64,000 nt of DNA from an uncultured cyanobacterium (GTDB lineage Bacteria > Cyanobacteriota > Cyanobacteriia > Pseudanabaenales > Pseudanabaenaceae). Positions 39,895-51,010 of this stretch are shown piece after piece. Positions within the stretch are counted from its first letter, which is position 1. Each line of letters starts with the position of its first letter. The translations under genes were made by a program, and so were the position numbers. The stretch covers positions 1,248,001-1,312,000 of the forward strand of contig OY969811.1 of NCBI GenBank assembly GCA_963703315.1, read 5' to 3'. The notes beneath the pieces are model-generated. The model was not told where the DNA came from. It saw only the letters and a list, made by a program, of their open reading frames with translations, and did no database searches.

Positions 39895-41568
39895 TTAATT
39901 GTCTTGGCGCACAATTCGATTCTCGATTTTTACCTGTAACGGAGAACTGGTACTGATATATTCAGCGATCGCATCAGACAATAAATAACCCGTCTCCAGC
40001 AAGTTTTTTCCTTCAGCAAAAGCACTATAGCCATCACCACCAGAAGCGAGAAAATTATTCGTGGCTACTCGATACATCGTTTGGGGATTCAATAATTGGA
40101 AGTTACCTGATTCGTCTTTAACTTCTACTTTGGTGACGCGCTTCCCTACTGGTAATTTTAGATCCCATACAAAGCGGATTCCTGCCACTTGTGGAAATCT
40201 TCCTTCTTCTTGTTCAGCAGCACTGACACCATGTTCTAAAGCTGCTTTTAGTTGTTTACCAGTTAACTCGACTCTGGTAATGGTGTTACCAAATGGAAGT
40301 ACTTCGAGGACATTGCCCATCGTAATATCACCCATAGGCAAACCATTGCGAATCCCACCAGCATTAATGATCACAGCCTGAACGCGATCGCCTTTGGTCT
40401 TTGCCAGAATTCCATCCGCAATCAAATTTCCTATACTGGTTTCGCTAGTTCGTAATTTAATGCGATCGCCATCAAGAGGAGTTAAGGATTTACCAATAAT
40501 TTTCTGACGTAATGCCTCAATTGGTGCAGAGTATGCCTTGAGCTTTGTCTCAAATTCTCGATTGGGAGTAATACTTGCATCAATGGTATGGGGTTTTCCT
40601 GCCCAAGTAATCAACTTGCCACCACGATCAAAGCTCACCGATAAGTCCCCTAAATATTTACCCCATTCCCAATCTGTAACTACTAAAACAGGTTCCTTTG
40701 TACCATTCTTTTCCACTAATGGATAGGGATAATTGGCATTGGGAATATTGCCAACAGGGGTATGGCTATGAGCGCCAACGATGATATCGATATCAGGAAC
40801 CTGTTGCGCCAATGTCACATCATTCTCAAAGCCAATGTGAGTCAGGGCAATAATTTTATTAATGCCTTGCTGCTTGAGATCTCGAACCGATGTTCTTGCC
40901 GCCGCGATCGGGTCAGTAAACTTTACTCCTTCACCAACGCTGGATAAAATTGCGGTGTCTGGAGTTGTCAAACCAAAGATGCCAATCTTTTCGCCTTTGA
41001 CATCGAGAATCTGCCAAGGACGAATTTTGCCGTAAAGTGGCGATGTCGGTGCGATATCCAAGTTAGCGGAAATAAGTGGAAACTTCGCTTTGTCTAAGAA
41101 ATCAGCAAGCACCTGTTGACCGCGATCAAACTCATGATTGCCAATCGTACCTGCATCGTAGGCAAGAGCATTATAAAAATCAAGATCCGCTTGTCCGAGA
41201 TATTGATTGAAATAGAGGGTTCCCTGAAAGATATCCCCTGCATCCAATAGCAATAAGGGTTCCTGATTAGTTCTGCTCTCAGCCCGAATTTGGTCAACCA
41301 AGGTACGGCGGCGGGCAATCCCACCCAGCAAGCGATCGCCAGATTTCACAGGTTCTAAATGAGCATGATGATCATTGGTGTGCAGAATCCGAAGGGAGAA
41401 GCGACTTTCTTGGGCGATGCTTTGTAAGACTTGCGGTGTAGCGATCGCAATTACAAAAGTAATACTAAATACGAGCAAGATATACAGCGATCGCCTTAAA
41501 GATTTTGTTAGATACTTTTGTTTTTTAGCGTAATCGGCGATCGCCTTCAAAATATTCATCACTTTCAT
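39895..41568 (-). CDS. Exported bifunctional metallophosphatase/5'-nucleotidase
   Basis: ILHTNDHH, LDAGD, GNHEFD, HSHT, NAGGIR, LPFGN; N-terminal TM/signal. Confidence 0.92.
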   Translation of the reverse strand: MKVMNILKAIADYAKKQKYLTKSLRRSLYILLVFSITFVIAIATPQVLQSIAQESRFSLRILHTNDHHAHLEPVKSGDRLLGGIARRRTLVDQIRAESRTNQEPLLLLDAGDIFQGTLYFNQYLGQADLDFYNALAYDAGTIGNHEFDRGQQVLADFLDKAKFPLISANLDIAPTSPLYGKIRPWQILDVKGEKIGIFGLTTPDTAILSSVGEGVKFTDPIAAARTSVRDLKQQGINKIIALTHIGFENDVTLAQQVPDIDIIVGAHSHTPVGNIPNANYPYPLVEKNGTKEPVLVVTDWEWGKYLGDLSVSFDRGGKLITWAGKPHTIDASITPNREFETKLKAYSAPIEALRQKIIGKSLTPLDGDRIKLRTSETSIGNLIADGILAKTKGDRVQAVIINAGGIRNGLPMGDITMGNVLEVLPFGNTITRVELTGKQLKAALEHGVSAAEQEEGRFPQVAGIRFVWDLKLPVGKRVTKVEVKDESGNFQLLNPQTMYRVATNNFLASGGDGYSAFAEGKNLLETGYLLSDAIAEYISTSSPLQVKIENRIVRQDN

Positions 41569-41593
41569 TAAGTACCTCAGTATTATTAAAAGC

Positions 41594-41635
41594 CAGTTTT
41601 AAAACCTGTGGCGTACGCCACAGGTTTTAAAACTG
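41594..41635. repeat. Loopless perfect palindrome, apparently a centre-deleted relative of the cctgtggcgcac repeat
   Basis: cagttttaaaacctgtggcgt|acgccacaggttttaaaactg, preceded by taagtacc at 41569. Confidence 0.75.
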
Positions 41636-41642
41636 ACTTATT

Positions 41643-42338
41643 CTATGGTTGATTATTAAATTCACTAGTAGTTACAATTTCTTGCGATCGCAGATCAACT
41701 TCCGTAGCTTTGAGATTTTTTGAAGATTGATACAATATGTCTAAGCGGTTGTTCTTAATCGCAGAAACACCGTTAAATTGATCAACTTGATCGATCAATA
41801 CTTTAAATCGCAACCCTGACGCATCAGAGATGGCGATACTTTTTTGATCAGCATCATTAATTCGTTGATCATTATTGGTATCTTTGTCCACAACTAGATA
41901 GAGATAAGCAATGGTGGGTAGAGGCTTTTCGGTCAGATTACGCTCATTTAGATTGGGTAAAGCCGTCATTGATAAGATTAAGCCTTCATTTTTTGGTCTC
42001 AGCCAATAAGACACCTTTTGATTTGGATTATAAAAAATGTAATTTTGAACAGAATTAGACTCCTTAGAGCTGGCTCTATAGTCATACTCTTGGAGCAGAG
42101 AAAGAGGAGCCTTGATGATATCTGTTCCCGAAATCTGCTCAAAATTTCCAATTACTGTCTTGCTTTTGACTGCATCATCTTTTACATTGACGATATTCCT
42201 GACTTCCTGTGTGCGCGTGACTTGTCGAAATGTAGACCAAGCTCCCAAAGCCAATCCAGCAGTAGATAGAAGTCCAGCAATCAAAATAATTACAGCGTTA
42301 ACGCGCCAAATGTAACTGAAGAATTGACGTGATTTCAT
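41643..42338 (-). CDS. Hypothetical membrane-anchored protein with an EF-hand-like loop
   Basis: N-terminal TM helix; DKDTNNDQRINDAD. Confidence 0.7.
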   Translation of the reverse strand: MKSRQFFSYIWRVNAVIILIAGLLSTAGLALGAWSTFRQVTRTQEVRNIVNVKDDAVKSKTVIGNFEQISGTDIIKAPLSLLQEYDYRASSKESNSVQNYIFYNPNQKVSYWLRPKNEGLILSMTALPNLNERNLTEKPLPTIAYLYLVVDKDTNNDQRINDADQKSIAISDASGLRFKVLIDQVDQFNGVSAIKNNRLDILYQSSKNLKATEVDLRSQEIVTTSEFNNQP

Positions 42339-42351
42339 ATTTTTGCTTATT

Positions 42352-42466
42352 TATAGCTATAGCCATTTTAGTTAAGACATAAAACCCAAAAGAGAGTTGC
42401 GGCGCTACGCGCCGCAACTCTCTTTTGGGTTTTGGTTTTGTCCTAACATAACTGGCTACCGCTATA
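42352..42466. mobile_element. 115-bp MITE with IS630-like ends and a central palindrome
   Basis: tatagctatagcc..gttaagacataaaacccaaaagagagttgcggcgc-tac-gcgccgcaactctcttttggg..gtcctaacataactggctaccgctata. Confidence 0.85.
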
Positions 42467-42508
42467 CAATGGTTATTTAGGGATTGACCTTGTAATTTTT
42501 CTAAAAAC

Positions 42509-43012
42509 TTAGGGAGCGACATAACCTTGAATATTTTCAGGACGTAGAGGACGCATGATTTGATTAGCGCGAACCACCTGTTGATCGGTTCCTTGGACGA
42601 CGATTAAATATTTACCTTCATTAAGACGATTGCGGAGTGGAACTGAGTCACCACTGGTTGCCACACCAATACCACCACCAACAAATAGGCTACCCATTGC
42701 GCCGCCAAATGCACCTAGCAAACCACCAATAAAGTGATTGCCGATGCTGCCAGCCCAAGCAAAGGTATGTAAATCCGTGACGAGGCTAAAGCCAATTCCT
42801 GCAAAGAAGCCAAAGGGAACGAGCCAATAGGACATCAAGTAAGCTTGCTTGCGCCCTTGCACAATCGGATCGATAAAGCCAAATTCTTCGGCACTTTTAT
42901 AACCCTTACCTAAAATGGAGATCGCCTCCATCGGAAATTTTGCTGATTCTAGTCGCGTATAGACTTCTTCTGCCTTCATGCGATCGCTCCAAACACTAAC
43001 CAAATAATTCAT
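42509..43012 (-). CDS. Hypothetical membrane protein with glycine-rich helices
   Basis: ISILGKGYKSAEEFG, WLVPFGFFAG, GGLLGAFGGAMGS, RNRLNEGKYLIVV. Confidence 0.8.
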   Translation of the reverse strand: MNYLVSVWSDRMKAEEVYTRLESAKFPMEAISILGKGYKSAEEFGFIDPIVQGRKQAYLMSYWLVPFGFFAGIGFSLVTDLHTFAWAGSIGNHFIGGLLGAFGGAMGSLFVGGGIGVATSGDSVPLRNRLNEGKYLIVVQGTDQQVVRANQIMRPLRPENIQGYVAP

Positions 43013-43078
43013 ATTGTCCTAAAAATGCTTAATAACTTCTAGCCAATATCCTATAGTGCAAAGCGATCTAAATTACCC

Positions 43079-43117
43079 AAAAGAGATTTGAAGCGCTTTG
43101 CGCTTCAAATCTCTTTT
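43079..43117. terminator. Palindrome at the EVE gene stop
   Basis: aaaagagatttgaagcgc-ttt-gcgcttcaaatctctttt. Confidence 0.75.
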
Positions 43118-43523
43118 AGATATTGGCAAGCTGTAAAATTTTTTGCCAATGCGCCTCTGATACAGGCACAACGGACAAGCGACTAATGCGAATTAGGTCA
43201 AAGCCTTCAAAGTCTGGATCTTGTTTGATTTGAGCCAGATTCACAGGCTGAGGTAGCGATCGCACGGCTTTTACATCAACGACGGCGCGTTTAGGATCAT
43301 CTAACTTTGGGTCAAGATATGGCAAAGTAATTACTTCCGCAATACCCATAGCTCGACGCTCATCGCCTGTGTGATAGATCAACGCTAAATCCTTGGGTTG
43401 CATTGTGCGGATATGCTTCAGGGCTAAGTTGTTATTCACACCATCCCAAATCGTGTGGCGATCGCGTTCTAGATCAGCGTAAGCATAGACATGGGGTTCA
43501 CTTTTGAGTAGCCAGTAAGCCAT
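43116..43523 (-). CDS. EVE-domain protein
   Basis: MAYWLLKSEP, WDGV.N, IYHTG, ISRLSVVPV. Confidence 0.92.
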   Translation of the reverse strand: MAYWLLKSEPHVYAYADLERDRHTIWDGVNNNLALKHIRTMQPKDLALIYHTGDERRAMGIAEVITLPYLDPKLDDPKRAVVDVKAVRSLPQPVNLAQIKQDPDFEGFDLIRISRLSVVPVSEAHWQKILQLANI

Positions 43524-43555
43524 TGTTTAGTTTGTTGAAAATATATACATAATAA

Positions 43556-43924
43556 TTAAAGCTGAATAATTTGATTGAGGCGATCGCACGCTTGAGCAAA
43601 CAAATCATTATTCAATTTTCCTAAGGGATGTGGTTTTGCACCACGTAATCGCCAATCAAAGGATTTGGGCTGATGACAGAGAACATAACTGGTTTTATCA
43701 GCTTTACGTCCTGAAGCTTTGCCCACTGAGACTGCAAAAGGGTTGTCGGCATTATATGCGGCAGTTGTCATCGGTAATCCAATTACAAGCGCCGTTCTGT
43801 CATTAAAAATACGCGGCGACAGCACTAAAAAAGGATGAATATCTTTCATTTCTTGTCCGACTTGTGGATTGCAATCGATCCAGATAACATCTTGGCGATC
43901 AGGTATCCATAAGCTTTTTACCAT
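43556..43924 (-). CDS. PemK/MazF-family toxin
   Basis: IWIDCNPQVGQEM..HPFLVLSP..FN..GLPMTT..QPKSFDW. Confidence 0.88.
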   Translation of the reverse strand: MVKSLWIPDRQDVIWIDCNPQVGQEMKDIHPFLVLSPRIFNDRTALVIGLPMTTAAYNADNPFAVSVGKASGRKADKTSYVLCHQPKSFDWRLRGAKPHPLGKLNNDLFAQACDRLNQIIQL

Positions 43925-44172
43925 TGTTCTGCGCCGAGTCTTTGCGATGTTGCCATAACTTCGCCACCATGTCGGACTGGATCAAATTTGGCTAGGCGTT
44001 CTTCTAGGCTTAATGGTGCATTAATTATGGGCGTGATCACAACTACACCATCAATAACGGACAGCTTCACTCTTTGATTTGCGTGGAGATGGGCAGCACG
44101 GGCAATCGGGGCGGGAAGTCGGACTCCTAAGTTATTACCCCATGTTTTGATATCAAGAGTTACTTCAGTCAT
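43918..44172 (-). CDS. AbrB/MazE-family antitoxin
   Basis: IKTWGNNLGVRLP..LSLEERLA; overlaps the toxin start. Confidence 0.88.
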   Translation of the reverse strand: MTEVTLDIKTWGNNLGVRLPAPIARAAHLHANQRVKLSVIDGVVVITPIINAPLSLEERLAKFDPVRHGGEVMATSQRLGAEQW

Positions 44173-44194
44173 GACAATATTTTATAAGCCAAAC

Positions 44195-44214
44195 GTTTAA
44201 ACACTAGTATAAAC
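44195..44214 (-). promoter_or_regulatory. Candidate MazE operator overlapping a -10-like TATACT
   Basis: GTTTAAAC-acta-GTATAAAC (8-bp inverted repeat, one mismatch), 22 bp upstream of the antitoxin ATG. Confidence 0.45.
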
Positions 44215-44247
44215 ATTATCACTTGCGGCTAATTAGCTTGATCTAAC

Positions 44248-44353
44248 TAAGTATCTGGACATAATTAAAAACTAGAGCAAAAACTGTGGCGCACGCTGCG
44301 CGTGCGCCACAGTTTTTTGGGTTTTATATTTAATTTTTTAGTCCATCTACTTA
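44248..44353. mobile_element. TAAGTA...CTACTTA MITE with central palindrome
   Basis: taagtatctggacataattaaaa..actgtggcgcacgc-tgc-gcgtgcgccacagt..gggttttatatttaat..gtccatctactta. Confidence 0.75.
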
Positions 44354-44659
44354 GCTATTTAGCGATCGCCTTTTTTGGCTCCTGAGAAAAGATATTAGAA
44401 TGAACAAAATTACAATTTCTGTCGCCTATAATCAGTAATGCCCCAAGAATGCCCCACTTAGAAAACGAATAGCTGTAGCCATTGCTTGGCGATCGCTACA
44501 TTAACTACATAAAATAGGCGCTCACACAATACAACTGTCACGAAAAAGCTTAATCTAGAATTAACAATGTGTAGGGGCAAGTTGTGAAGCATTGAGTGCT
44601 TTATCGATAAACTCAAAAATCCCATAATTTCAACATACTTTTTTGATAGCAATAATTCG

Positions 44660-47600
44660 ATGGAAGTGAGTCGCGTGAATACAAGTCAGTCTAATCAATC
44701 TGGAACTGCTAATCTGATCGAGGGACCCTCTTGGCTAGTCGAAGAGCGTGATGCCTGTGGGGTGGGATTTATTGCCGATAAGGAAGGTCGTGCTAGTCAT
44801 AAAATTATTAGCAATGCTCTTAAGGCGTTGACTTGTGTTGAGCATCGTGGCGGATGTAGTGCTGACCAAGACTCAGGAGATGGCGCTGGTTTATTGACGG
44901 CAATTCCTTGGGCGCTATTGCAAAAGGAAATTCCTGAAATTGATCCAGAGCATACGGCGATCGGAATGTTTTTCTTGCCACAGGACAGCGATCTCGTCGC
45001 GAAATGTCGGGACATCACCGCCAGAATTGCCGCAGAAGAGGGGTTGAAGCTTTTAAAATGGCGAGTTGTACCTGTAAATCCAGAGGTGTTAGGAATTCAG
45101 GCTCGCGAAAACCAGCCGCAAATTGAACAAGCGGCTTTTATTGCCGATGCGGATCATCAAAATATTGATCAGATTGAACGGGCTATTTATATTACCCGCC
45201 GTCGGATTAAGCTAGAAATCGAAAAGATGTTTCCTAATGGCGGCAGTAACTTTTATATTGCCTCGCTATCGAATACCACGATTATTTATAAAGGCATGGT
45301 GCGATCGGCGGTTCTCGATGCCTTTTATGATGATTTAAAAAATCCTGATTACATCTCGGCTTACGCAATTTATCACCGTCGCTTCAGTACTAATACTCTC
45401 CCGAAATGGCCGCTTGCTCAGCCGATGCGCTTCCTCGGTCACAATGGTGAAATTAATACTTTGCAGGGGAATACCAATTGGTTTCTCGCCAGACAGGGCG
45501 ATCTCTCTCACCCCAATTGGATTGATGCCAAAGGCGATCGCATTAAGGATTTGTTGCCTGTGCTAAAGGCAAATGAGAGCGATTCAGCAACTTTAGATCA
45601 CGTTTTTGAGTTGCTAATTGAGACAGGACATAGCCCTCTCGAAGCAATTATGATCCTTGTGCCAGAGGCTTATGAAAATCAACCAGATTTAAGCGATCGC
45701 CCCGAAATTATTGATTTCTACGAATATTACAGTGGCTTGCAAGAGGCATGGGATGGCCCAGCGCTGCTTGCCTTTAGCGATGGCAAAATTGTCGGTGCAG
45801 CGCTCGATCGCAATGGTTTACGCCCTGCTCGTTATGTGATTACTAACGATGGCTTGGTGATCGTCAGTTCCGAAGCAGGAACCGTCGATATTCCTGAAGC
45901 TGATATTGTCGAAAAAGGTCGTCTTGGTCCTGGACAAACGATCGCCGTTGATTTGCAGACCCATGAGATTTTACACAACTGGGACATCAAGCAACGGGTG
46001 GCAACCGCCCATCCATACGGGGAATGGATTAAAAAATATCGCAAGAATTTGGAAGTAAAGCCTTTTGCGGAAGCCACAATCCTCGATGAACAAACCGTGC
46101 TTACCCACCAAACTGCTTTCGGCTATACCCTCGAAGATGTGGAAATGGTGATTGAGGCAATGGCTCAAGATGGTAAAGAGCCAGTCTTCTGTATGGGTGA
46201 TGACGCGCCTTTAGCATTTCTATCGCAGCGTCCCCATCTGCTCTATGACTACTTCAAGCAACGCTTTGCACAGGTGACCAATCCACCGATCGATCCTCTG
46301 CGCGAAGGAACGGTGATGTCTTTGGCGATGTATTTGGGTGAGAGAGCGAATTTATTGCTGCCTACTCCTGAAGCAGCAAATCAAATTAAGATTAGTAGTC
46401 CTGTAATCAATGAAGAAGAGCTAACTGCATTACAGAAGCTCGGTTTTGAGTCTACTACCTTAGAAATGCTGTTCCCTGTGAATGCAGGGGCAAATGGCTT
46501 GCAAGCGGCGATCGCAAAAATCAGTGATGCGGCAGTTACTGCGGTGCGTGGCGGTGCAAAATTAGTGATTTTGAGCGATCGCCATCTCAACGCTGAGAAT
46601 GCTTATATCCCACCTCTTTTAGCCGTAGGTGCAGTTCATCATCGACTCTGTGCAGAAGGAATTCGCATGAAAGCTTCGATCATTGTAGATACGGCTCAAT
46701 GTTGGAGTACCCATCATTTCGCTTGCTTGATTGGTTATGGCGCTAGTGCCATCTGTCCTTACATGGCATTAGAAACTACCCGTCAATGGTGGGGTAAAGC
46801 GAAGACCCAAACCCAGATGCAGAGTGGGAAGATCAAAAATCTCTCTATTACCCAAGTTCAAGATAGCTATCGTCAAGCTGTTGAAGGTGGACTATTAAAG
46901 ATTCTCTCGAAGATGGGGATTTCTCTACTATCTAGCTATAACGGCGCACAGATTTTTGAAGCGATCGGTATTGGTGCAGAAGTTATTGAGACTTCCTTTA
47001 AGGGAACTGTTTCCCGCGTTGGTGGTGTTAATTTTGCAGACATTGCTTCTGAACTATTGAGCTTCCATTCTCAAGCTTTCCCTGAATTACAAGTTAAAAA
47101 GCTAGAGAACTATGGCTTTGTGCAGTATCGCCCCACAGGGGAATACCACATGAACAGCCCCGAAATGGCGAAAGCCTTGCACAAAGCTGTTGCTGGTGAA
47201 GGCTACGACCATTATGAAGTCTATCGCACCCAATTGCAAAACCGTACTCCCACCGCATTACGTGACCTTCTCGAATTTAAGAGCGATCGCCCCAGCATTT
47301 CCATTGATGAAGTCGAACCAGTTTCCGAAATTCTGAGTCGTTTCTGTACGGGAGCGATGTCCCTCGGAGCCTTGAGTCGTGAAGCCCATGAAGTTCTGGC
47401 GATCGCCATGAATCGTGTTGGCGGTAAATCTAACTGTGGTGAAGGTGGCGAAGATCCGATTCGCTATTTACCGATCAATGATGTGGATGACAATGGAATT
47501 TCGGCAAGCTTCCCCCATCTCAAAGGCTTGAAGAATGGCGACACAGCGAACTCAGCAATCAAACAAATTGCATCGGGACGTTTTGGGGTTACGCCTTCCT

Positions 47601-49291
47601 ATTTAGTTAGCTCCAATCAACTGGAAATTAAAGTTGCTCAAGGCGCAAAACCGGGAGAAGGTGGACAGTTACCAGGACCTAAGGTCAGCAGCTATATTGC
47701 CATGTTGCGTAACTCTAAACCGGGAGTATCGCTGATTTCGCCACCGCCGCACCATGATATCTATTCCATCGAAGACCTCGCCCAGTTGATTTATGATTTA
47801 CACCAAATCAATCCCACTGCCAAAGTCTCCGTCAAACTCGTTTCAGAAATTGGCATCGGTACGATCGCGGCGGGTGTTGCCAAAGCCAACGCGGACATCA
47901 TCCAAATCTCTGGTTATGATGGCGGCACTGGCGCATCGCCTTTGAGTTCGATCAAGCACGCTGGCTCACCTTGGGAACTTGGTTTAGCGGAAGTGCATAC
48001 ATCGCTAATGATTAACAAACTACGCGATCGCGTCCTATTACGGGTCGATGGCGGCTTCAAAACTGGTTGGGATGTGGCGATCGCCGCCCTACTTGGCGGT
48101 GAAGAGTACGGCTTTGGAACCGCCGCCATGATTGCCGAAGGCTGCATCATGGCTCGCGTCTGCCACACGAATAAGTGTCCTGTGGGTGTGACTTCTCAAT
48201 TAGAACAGTTCCGCAAGCGCTTTCCTGGTACGCCCGAACACGTTGTCAACTTCCTCTACTTCGTTGCTGAAGAAGTCCGTCAAATCCTAGCCAAGCTCGG
48301 TTACAAGTCTCTTAAAGAGATCATTGGACGCTCTGATTTATTAGCCCAACGTCAAGACCTCAAGCTTGCCAAACTCGACCTCAATCAAGTAAATCTTGAT
48401 TGCTTGATTAAACTTCCTGACACCAAAAGCGATCGCACTTGGTTAGAGCATTCACCAACTTCCCATAGCAATGGTGCAGTTCTTGATGATCAGATTTTGG
48501 CAGATGTCGAAGTTCAGAAGGCGATCGCCAATCAAACTGATCTGCGTAAGACTTACAAAATTGTCAATACTGATCGCTCCGTACCTACCCGTGTATCAGG
48601 GGCGATCGCCAAGCAATACGGTAACTCTGGACTTGCGAGCCATCTCAATCTGGAATTTGTCGGTGCGGCAGGTCAGAGCTTTGGTGCATTCAACATCAAC
48701 GGCTTAAATCTCTCCCTCATTGGTGAAGCCAACGACTACATTGGCAAGGGCATGAATGGTGGCACAATCAGCATTAAACCCAGTGCCAACGTCACCTTCA
48801 ATCCCGCCGATAACTCCATTGTGGGTAATACCTGTCTCTATGGCGCAACGGGTGGCTATCTATTCGTGCATGGACGCGCTGGTGAACGCTTCGGTGTCCG
48901 TAACTCTGGCGCAAAAGCAGTTGTCGAAGGCACAGGTGATCATTGCTGCGAATACATGACAGGCGGTGTCATCGTTGTCCTTGGAACCACAGGTCGCAAC
49001 ATCGGTGCAGGTATGACAGGCGGCATCGCTTACTTCCTCGATATCGATCGCAAGTTCTCAGAGCGTCTCAGTCAAGAAACTCTCAAAGTCCAACGGGTCA
49101 GCACTGCCGCAGGTGAAAATCAACTTAAAGAATTAATTCAATCTAGCTATGAGAATACTGGTAGTTCGAGAGCAAAGGAAATTCTCGATAATTGGTCGAG
49201 CTATTTACCTCAGTTCTGGCAAGTCGTGCCACCTTCAGAACAAAATAGCCCTGAAGCGATCGATGCAGTCCCTGTAGCTGCAACAGTCTAG
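44660..49291 (+). CDS. glsF: Ferredoxin-dependent glutamate synthase
   Basis: ERDA|CGVGF glutaminase start, [39 protein letters not shown]; no gltD downstream. Confidence 0.95.
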   Translation: MEVSRVNTSQSNQSGTANLIEGPSWLVEERDACGVGFIADKEGRASHKIISNALKALTCVEHRGGCSADQDSGDGAGLLTAIPWALLQKEIPEIDPEHTAIGMFFLPQDSDLVAKCRDITARIAAEEGLKLLKWRVVPVNPEVLGIQARENQPQIEQAAFIADADHQNIDQIERAIYITRRRIKLEIEKMFPNGGSNFYIASLSNTTIIYKGMVRSAVLDAFYDDLKNPDYISAYAIYHRRFSTNTLPKWPLAQPMRFLGHNGEINTLQGNTNWFLARQGDLSHPNWIDAKGDRIKDLLPVLKANESDSATLDHVFELLIETGHSPLEAIMILVPEAYENQPDLSDRPEIIDFYEYYSGLQEAWDGPALLAFSDGKIVGAALDRNGLRPARYVITNDGLVIVSSEAGTVDIPEADIVEKGRLGPGQTIAVDLQTHEILHNWDIKQRVATAHPYGEWIKKYRKNLEVKPFAEATILDEQTVLTHQTAFGYTLEDVEMVIEAMAQDGKEPVFCMGDDAPLAFLSQRPHLLYDYFKQRFAQVTNPPIDPLREGTVMSLAMYLGERANLLLPTPEAANQIKISSPVINEEELTALQKLGFESTTLEMLFPVNAGANGLQAAIAKISDAAVTAVRGGAKLVILSDRHLNAENAYIPPLLAVGAVHHRLCAEGIRMKASIIVDTAQCWSTHHFACLIGYGASAICPYMALETTRQWWGKAKTQTQMQSGKIKNLSITQVQDSYRQAVEGGLLKILSKMGISLLSSYNGAQIFEAIGIGAEVIETSFKGTVSRVGGVNFADIASELLSFHSQAFPELQVKKLENYGFVQYRPTGEYHMNSPEMAKALHKAVAGEGYDHYEVYRTQLQNRTPTALRDLLEFKSDRPSISIDEVEPVSEILSRFCTGAMSLGALSREAHEVLAIAMNRVGGKSNCGEGGEDPIRYLPINDVDDNGISASFPHLKGLKNGDTANSAIKQIASGRFGVTPSYLVSSNQLEIKVAQGAKPGEGGQLPGPKVSSYIAMLRNSKPGVSLISPPPHHDIYSIEDLAQLIYDLHQINPTAKVSVKLVSEIGIGTIAAGVAKANADIIQISGYDGGTGASPLSSIKHAGSPWELGLAEVHTSLMINKLRDRVLLRVDGGFKTGWDVAIAALLGGEEYGFGTAAMIAEGCIMARVCHTNKCPVGVTSQLEQFRKRFPGTPEHVVNFLYFVAEEVRQILAKLGYKSLKEIIGRSDLLAQRQDLKLAKLDLNQVNLDCLIKLPDTKSDRTWLEHSPTSHSNGAVLDDQILADVEVQKAIANQTDLRKTYKIVNTDRSVPTRVSGAIAKQYGNSGLASHLNLEFVGAAGQSFGAFNINGLNLSLIGEANDYIGKGMNGGTISIKPSANVTFNPADNSIVGNTCLYGATGGYLFVHGRAGERFGVRNSGAKAVVEGTGDHCCEYMTGGVIVVLGTTGRNIGAGMTGGIAYFLDIDRKFSERLSQETLKVQRVSTAAGENQLKELIQSSYENTGSSRAKEILDNWSSYLPQFWQVVPPSEQNSPEAIDAVPVAATV

Positions 49292-49311
49292 TTTCTGGCA
49301 TTGCCACAGTC

Positions 49312-49364
49312 AAAACCTAAGAGAGAGTTGCACGGCGAAGCCGTGCAACTCTCTCTTAGGTTTT
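49312..49364. terminator. Perfect palindrome, 25-bp arms, including the last codons of the Wzy-like gene
   Basis: aaaacctaagagagagttgcacggc-gaa-gccgtgcaactctctcttaggtttt. Confidence 0.8.
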
Positions 49365-50690
49365 AATTTGAGATGCAACTTTAACCTCTTGCCAATTTAG
49401 TCCAATCATACTAGCTACAAATAGAGTATAACCAGGTTCCTCAAGCTGCGAGAAAACTAAACCAAACACAAATACAGTTAACATAAGATACTTGGAAAGA
49501 TCTGTTACACAAACATATTTCCAGACCACAAAAGCCATATAAAAATAAGCCCCTAATCCCAAATATCCTAAGTCCCCCCAGATTCCTGCCCAACCAAACA
49601 GAGGCGAAAATAGACTGGATTGATCACCTAACCAACTTGCAGCTACGGCTTGCCAAATCTCCTTGCTGACAGGATGCATAGTTGCTCCTAGTGGAGCTAA
49701 TAAACTCCAGTAAGTTTCTAGCATCCATCCACCCAATCGACCAACTGTATGCCCAGGTCCTAACCCCAATAACCAGTTGAGTGGAGAGTGAAAATGCTGT
49801 GGAACCAAGCGAAAGGTAGCAAACTTTAAGCGAGTTGCTTCACCATCTGCACCATAAATCTCTGGTCTAATCCAAACTGTATAGGGTTGAAGAGCTTCAA
49901 TATTATAGATTGCCCATAAAAATACAGCCCCACATAAAGCCCCGATAATCAAGTACATTAATGTTTTTCTAATATCTTTGACATTGACAAGATAAAGAAT
50001 TACATAGCCAACTATAAATGATAGTAATACTTGTTTTGTGTCTGAAATAAGAATGTGATTAAAACAACAGAAAGCGATCGCAATCCGAAACCAAAGTGGT
50101 TTATCCTTGGCACTAACAAAGTAATAAACTGCAAAAGTCATTGCCACGGAACCGCCGAGAACATGACCAGCACCTTGACCGATAAAAATTCCTTTGACAT
50201 TATCTTCAAGCCCAATTAGTTTATCCATCCGAAAGACATACTTTTGGATATAGGCAAACACCATATTAATCATGGCAGCTTGTAAAATCCATTTACGAAA
50301 GCGTTGATAGCTTTCTGTATTCATCGGTATGCTAACAATCGTTAAGATTAGAATAAAAGGCTCTGCTAGTAATAAATAATCAAGAACTGTATTAATTACT
50401 CCTGCATCATTGAGTAAAGCGCTAGCAAATACAACGATTAAAAATAGAAATAGACTTAGTAAAATATTTTTTGAAAGAGCAATTTGTTGGTGATCTTTAC
50501 TACGAGATTTAACTAACACTGACCAACAAGCATAAGGAATTGCTGCAAAATGCAAAAAATTGATTGGTGAGGGGATCTTCAAGGCGGTAAAAACTCTTGG
50601 GAACAGAGCAGTGCCTAGCCCAAATAATGTCAAATTTGAGTTTGTAATATACCCTTTTGCTCTGGGTTTTGATTCTAACGCTGTTCTCAT
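49356..50690 (-). CDS. Polytopic membrane protein, Wzy polymerase/O-antigen ligase-like
   Basis: About 10-11 TM helices, a large loop with LGLGPG, GDLGYLGL; located at the end of the GT cluster. Confidence 0.65.
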   Translation of the reverse strand: MRTALESKPRAKGYITNSNLTLFGLGTALFPRVFTALKIPSPINFLHFAAIPYACWSVLVKSRSKDHQQIALSKNILLSLFLFLIVVFASALLNDAGVINTVLDYLLLAEPFILILTIVSIPMNTESYQRFRKWILQAAMINMVFAYIQKYVFRMDKLIGLEDNVKGIFIGQGAGHVLGGSVAMTFAVYYFVSAKDKPLWFRIAIAFCCFNHILISDTKQVLLSFIVGYVILYLVNVKDIRKTLMYLIIGALCGAVFLWAIYNIEALQPYTVWIRPEIYGADGEATRLKFATFRLVPQHFHSPLNWLLGLGPGHTVGRLGGWMLETYWSLLAPLGATMHPVSKEIWQAVAASWLGDQSSLFSPLFGWAGIWGDLGYLGLGAYFYMAFVVWKYVCVTDLSKYLMLTVFVFGLVFSQLEEPGYTLFVASMIGLNWQEVKVASQIKT

Positions 50691-50737
50691 TTACTAATCC
50701 AACTTTAGGTATACAGTCTGTTTGGCTTAAAGTAGTA

Positions 50738-50788
50738 CAGAGAAATTTTTAAAAGTGCGGCTTCGCCGCACTTTTAAAAATTTCTCTG
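50738..50788. repeat. Perfect palindrome, 24-bp arms
   Basis: cagagaaatttttaaaagtgcggc-ttc-gccgcacttttaaaaatttctctg. Confidence 0.9.
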
Positions 50789-50905
50789 GTGTTCTGAGAA
50801 TCTTACAGATAGCAATCCTACAGTGCTTTACTTGATCAAAGTCTGCTGTAAGTTTTTTTAGGAACTTTAACATCTTGTGAGAGTGGGTAAATCTTACAAT
50901 CTACT

Positions 50906-51010
50906 TAAGTAGTTGGGCATAATTAAAAAAACAAATCCAAAACCTGTGGCGCACGCGCAGCGTGCGCCACAGGTTTTGGGGTTTTATATTTAATTGCGCC
51001 CAGCTACTTA
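50906..51010. mobile_element. TAAGTAG...CTACTTA MITE; its end coincides with the dioxygenase stop codon
   Basis: taagtagttgggcataattaaa..cctgtggcgcacgc-gca-gcgtgcgccacagg..taattgcgcccagctactta. Confidence 0.8.

Noticed and set aside
44400..44660. NtcA box upstream of glsF (also checked upstream of the cyanase cassette)
   Set aside because: No GTA-N8-TAC was found by eye in either region
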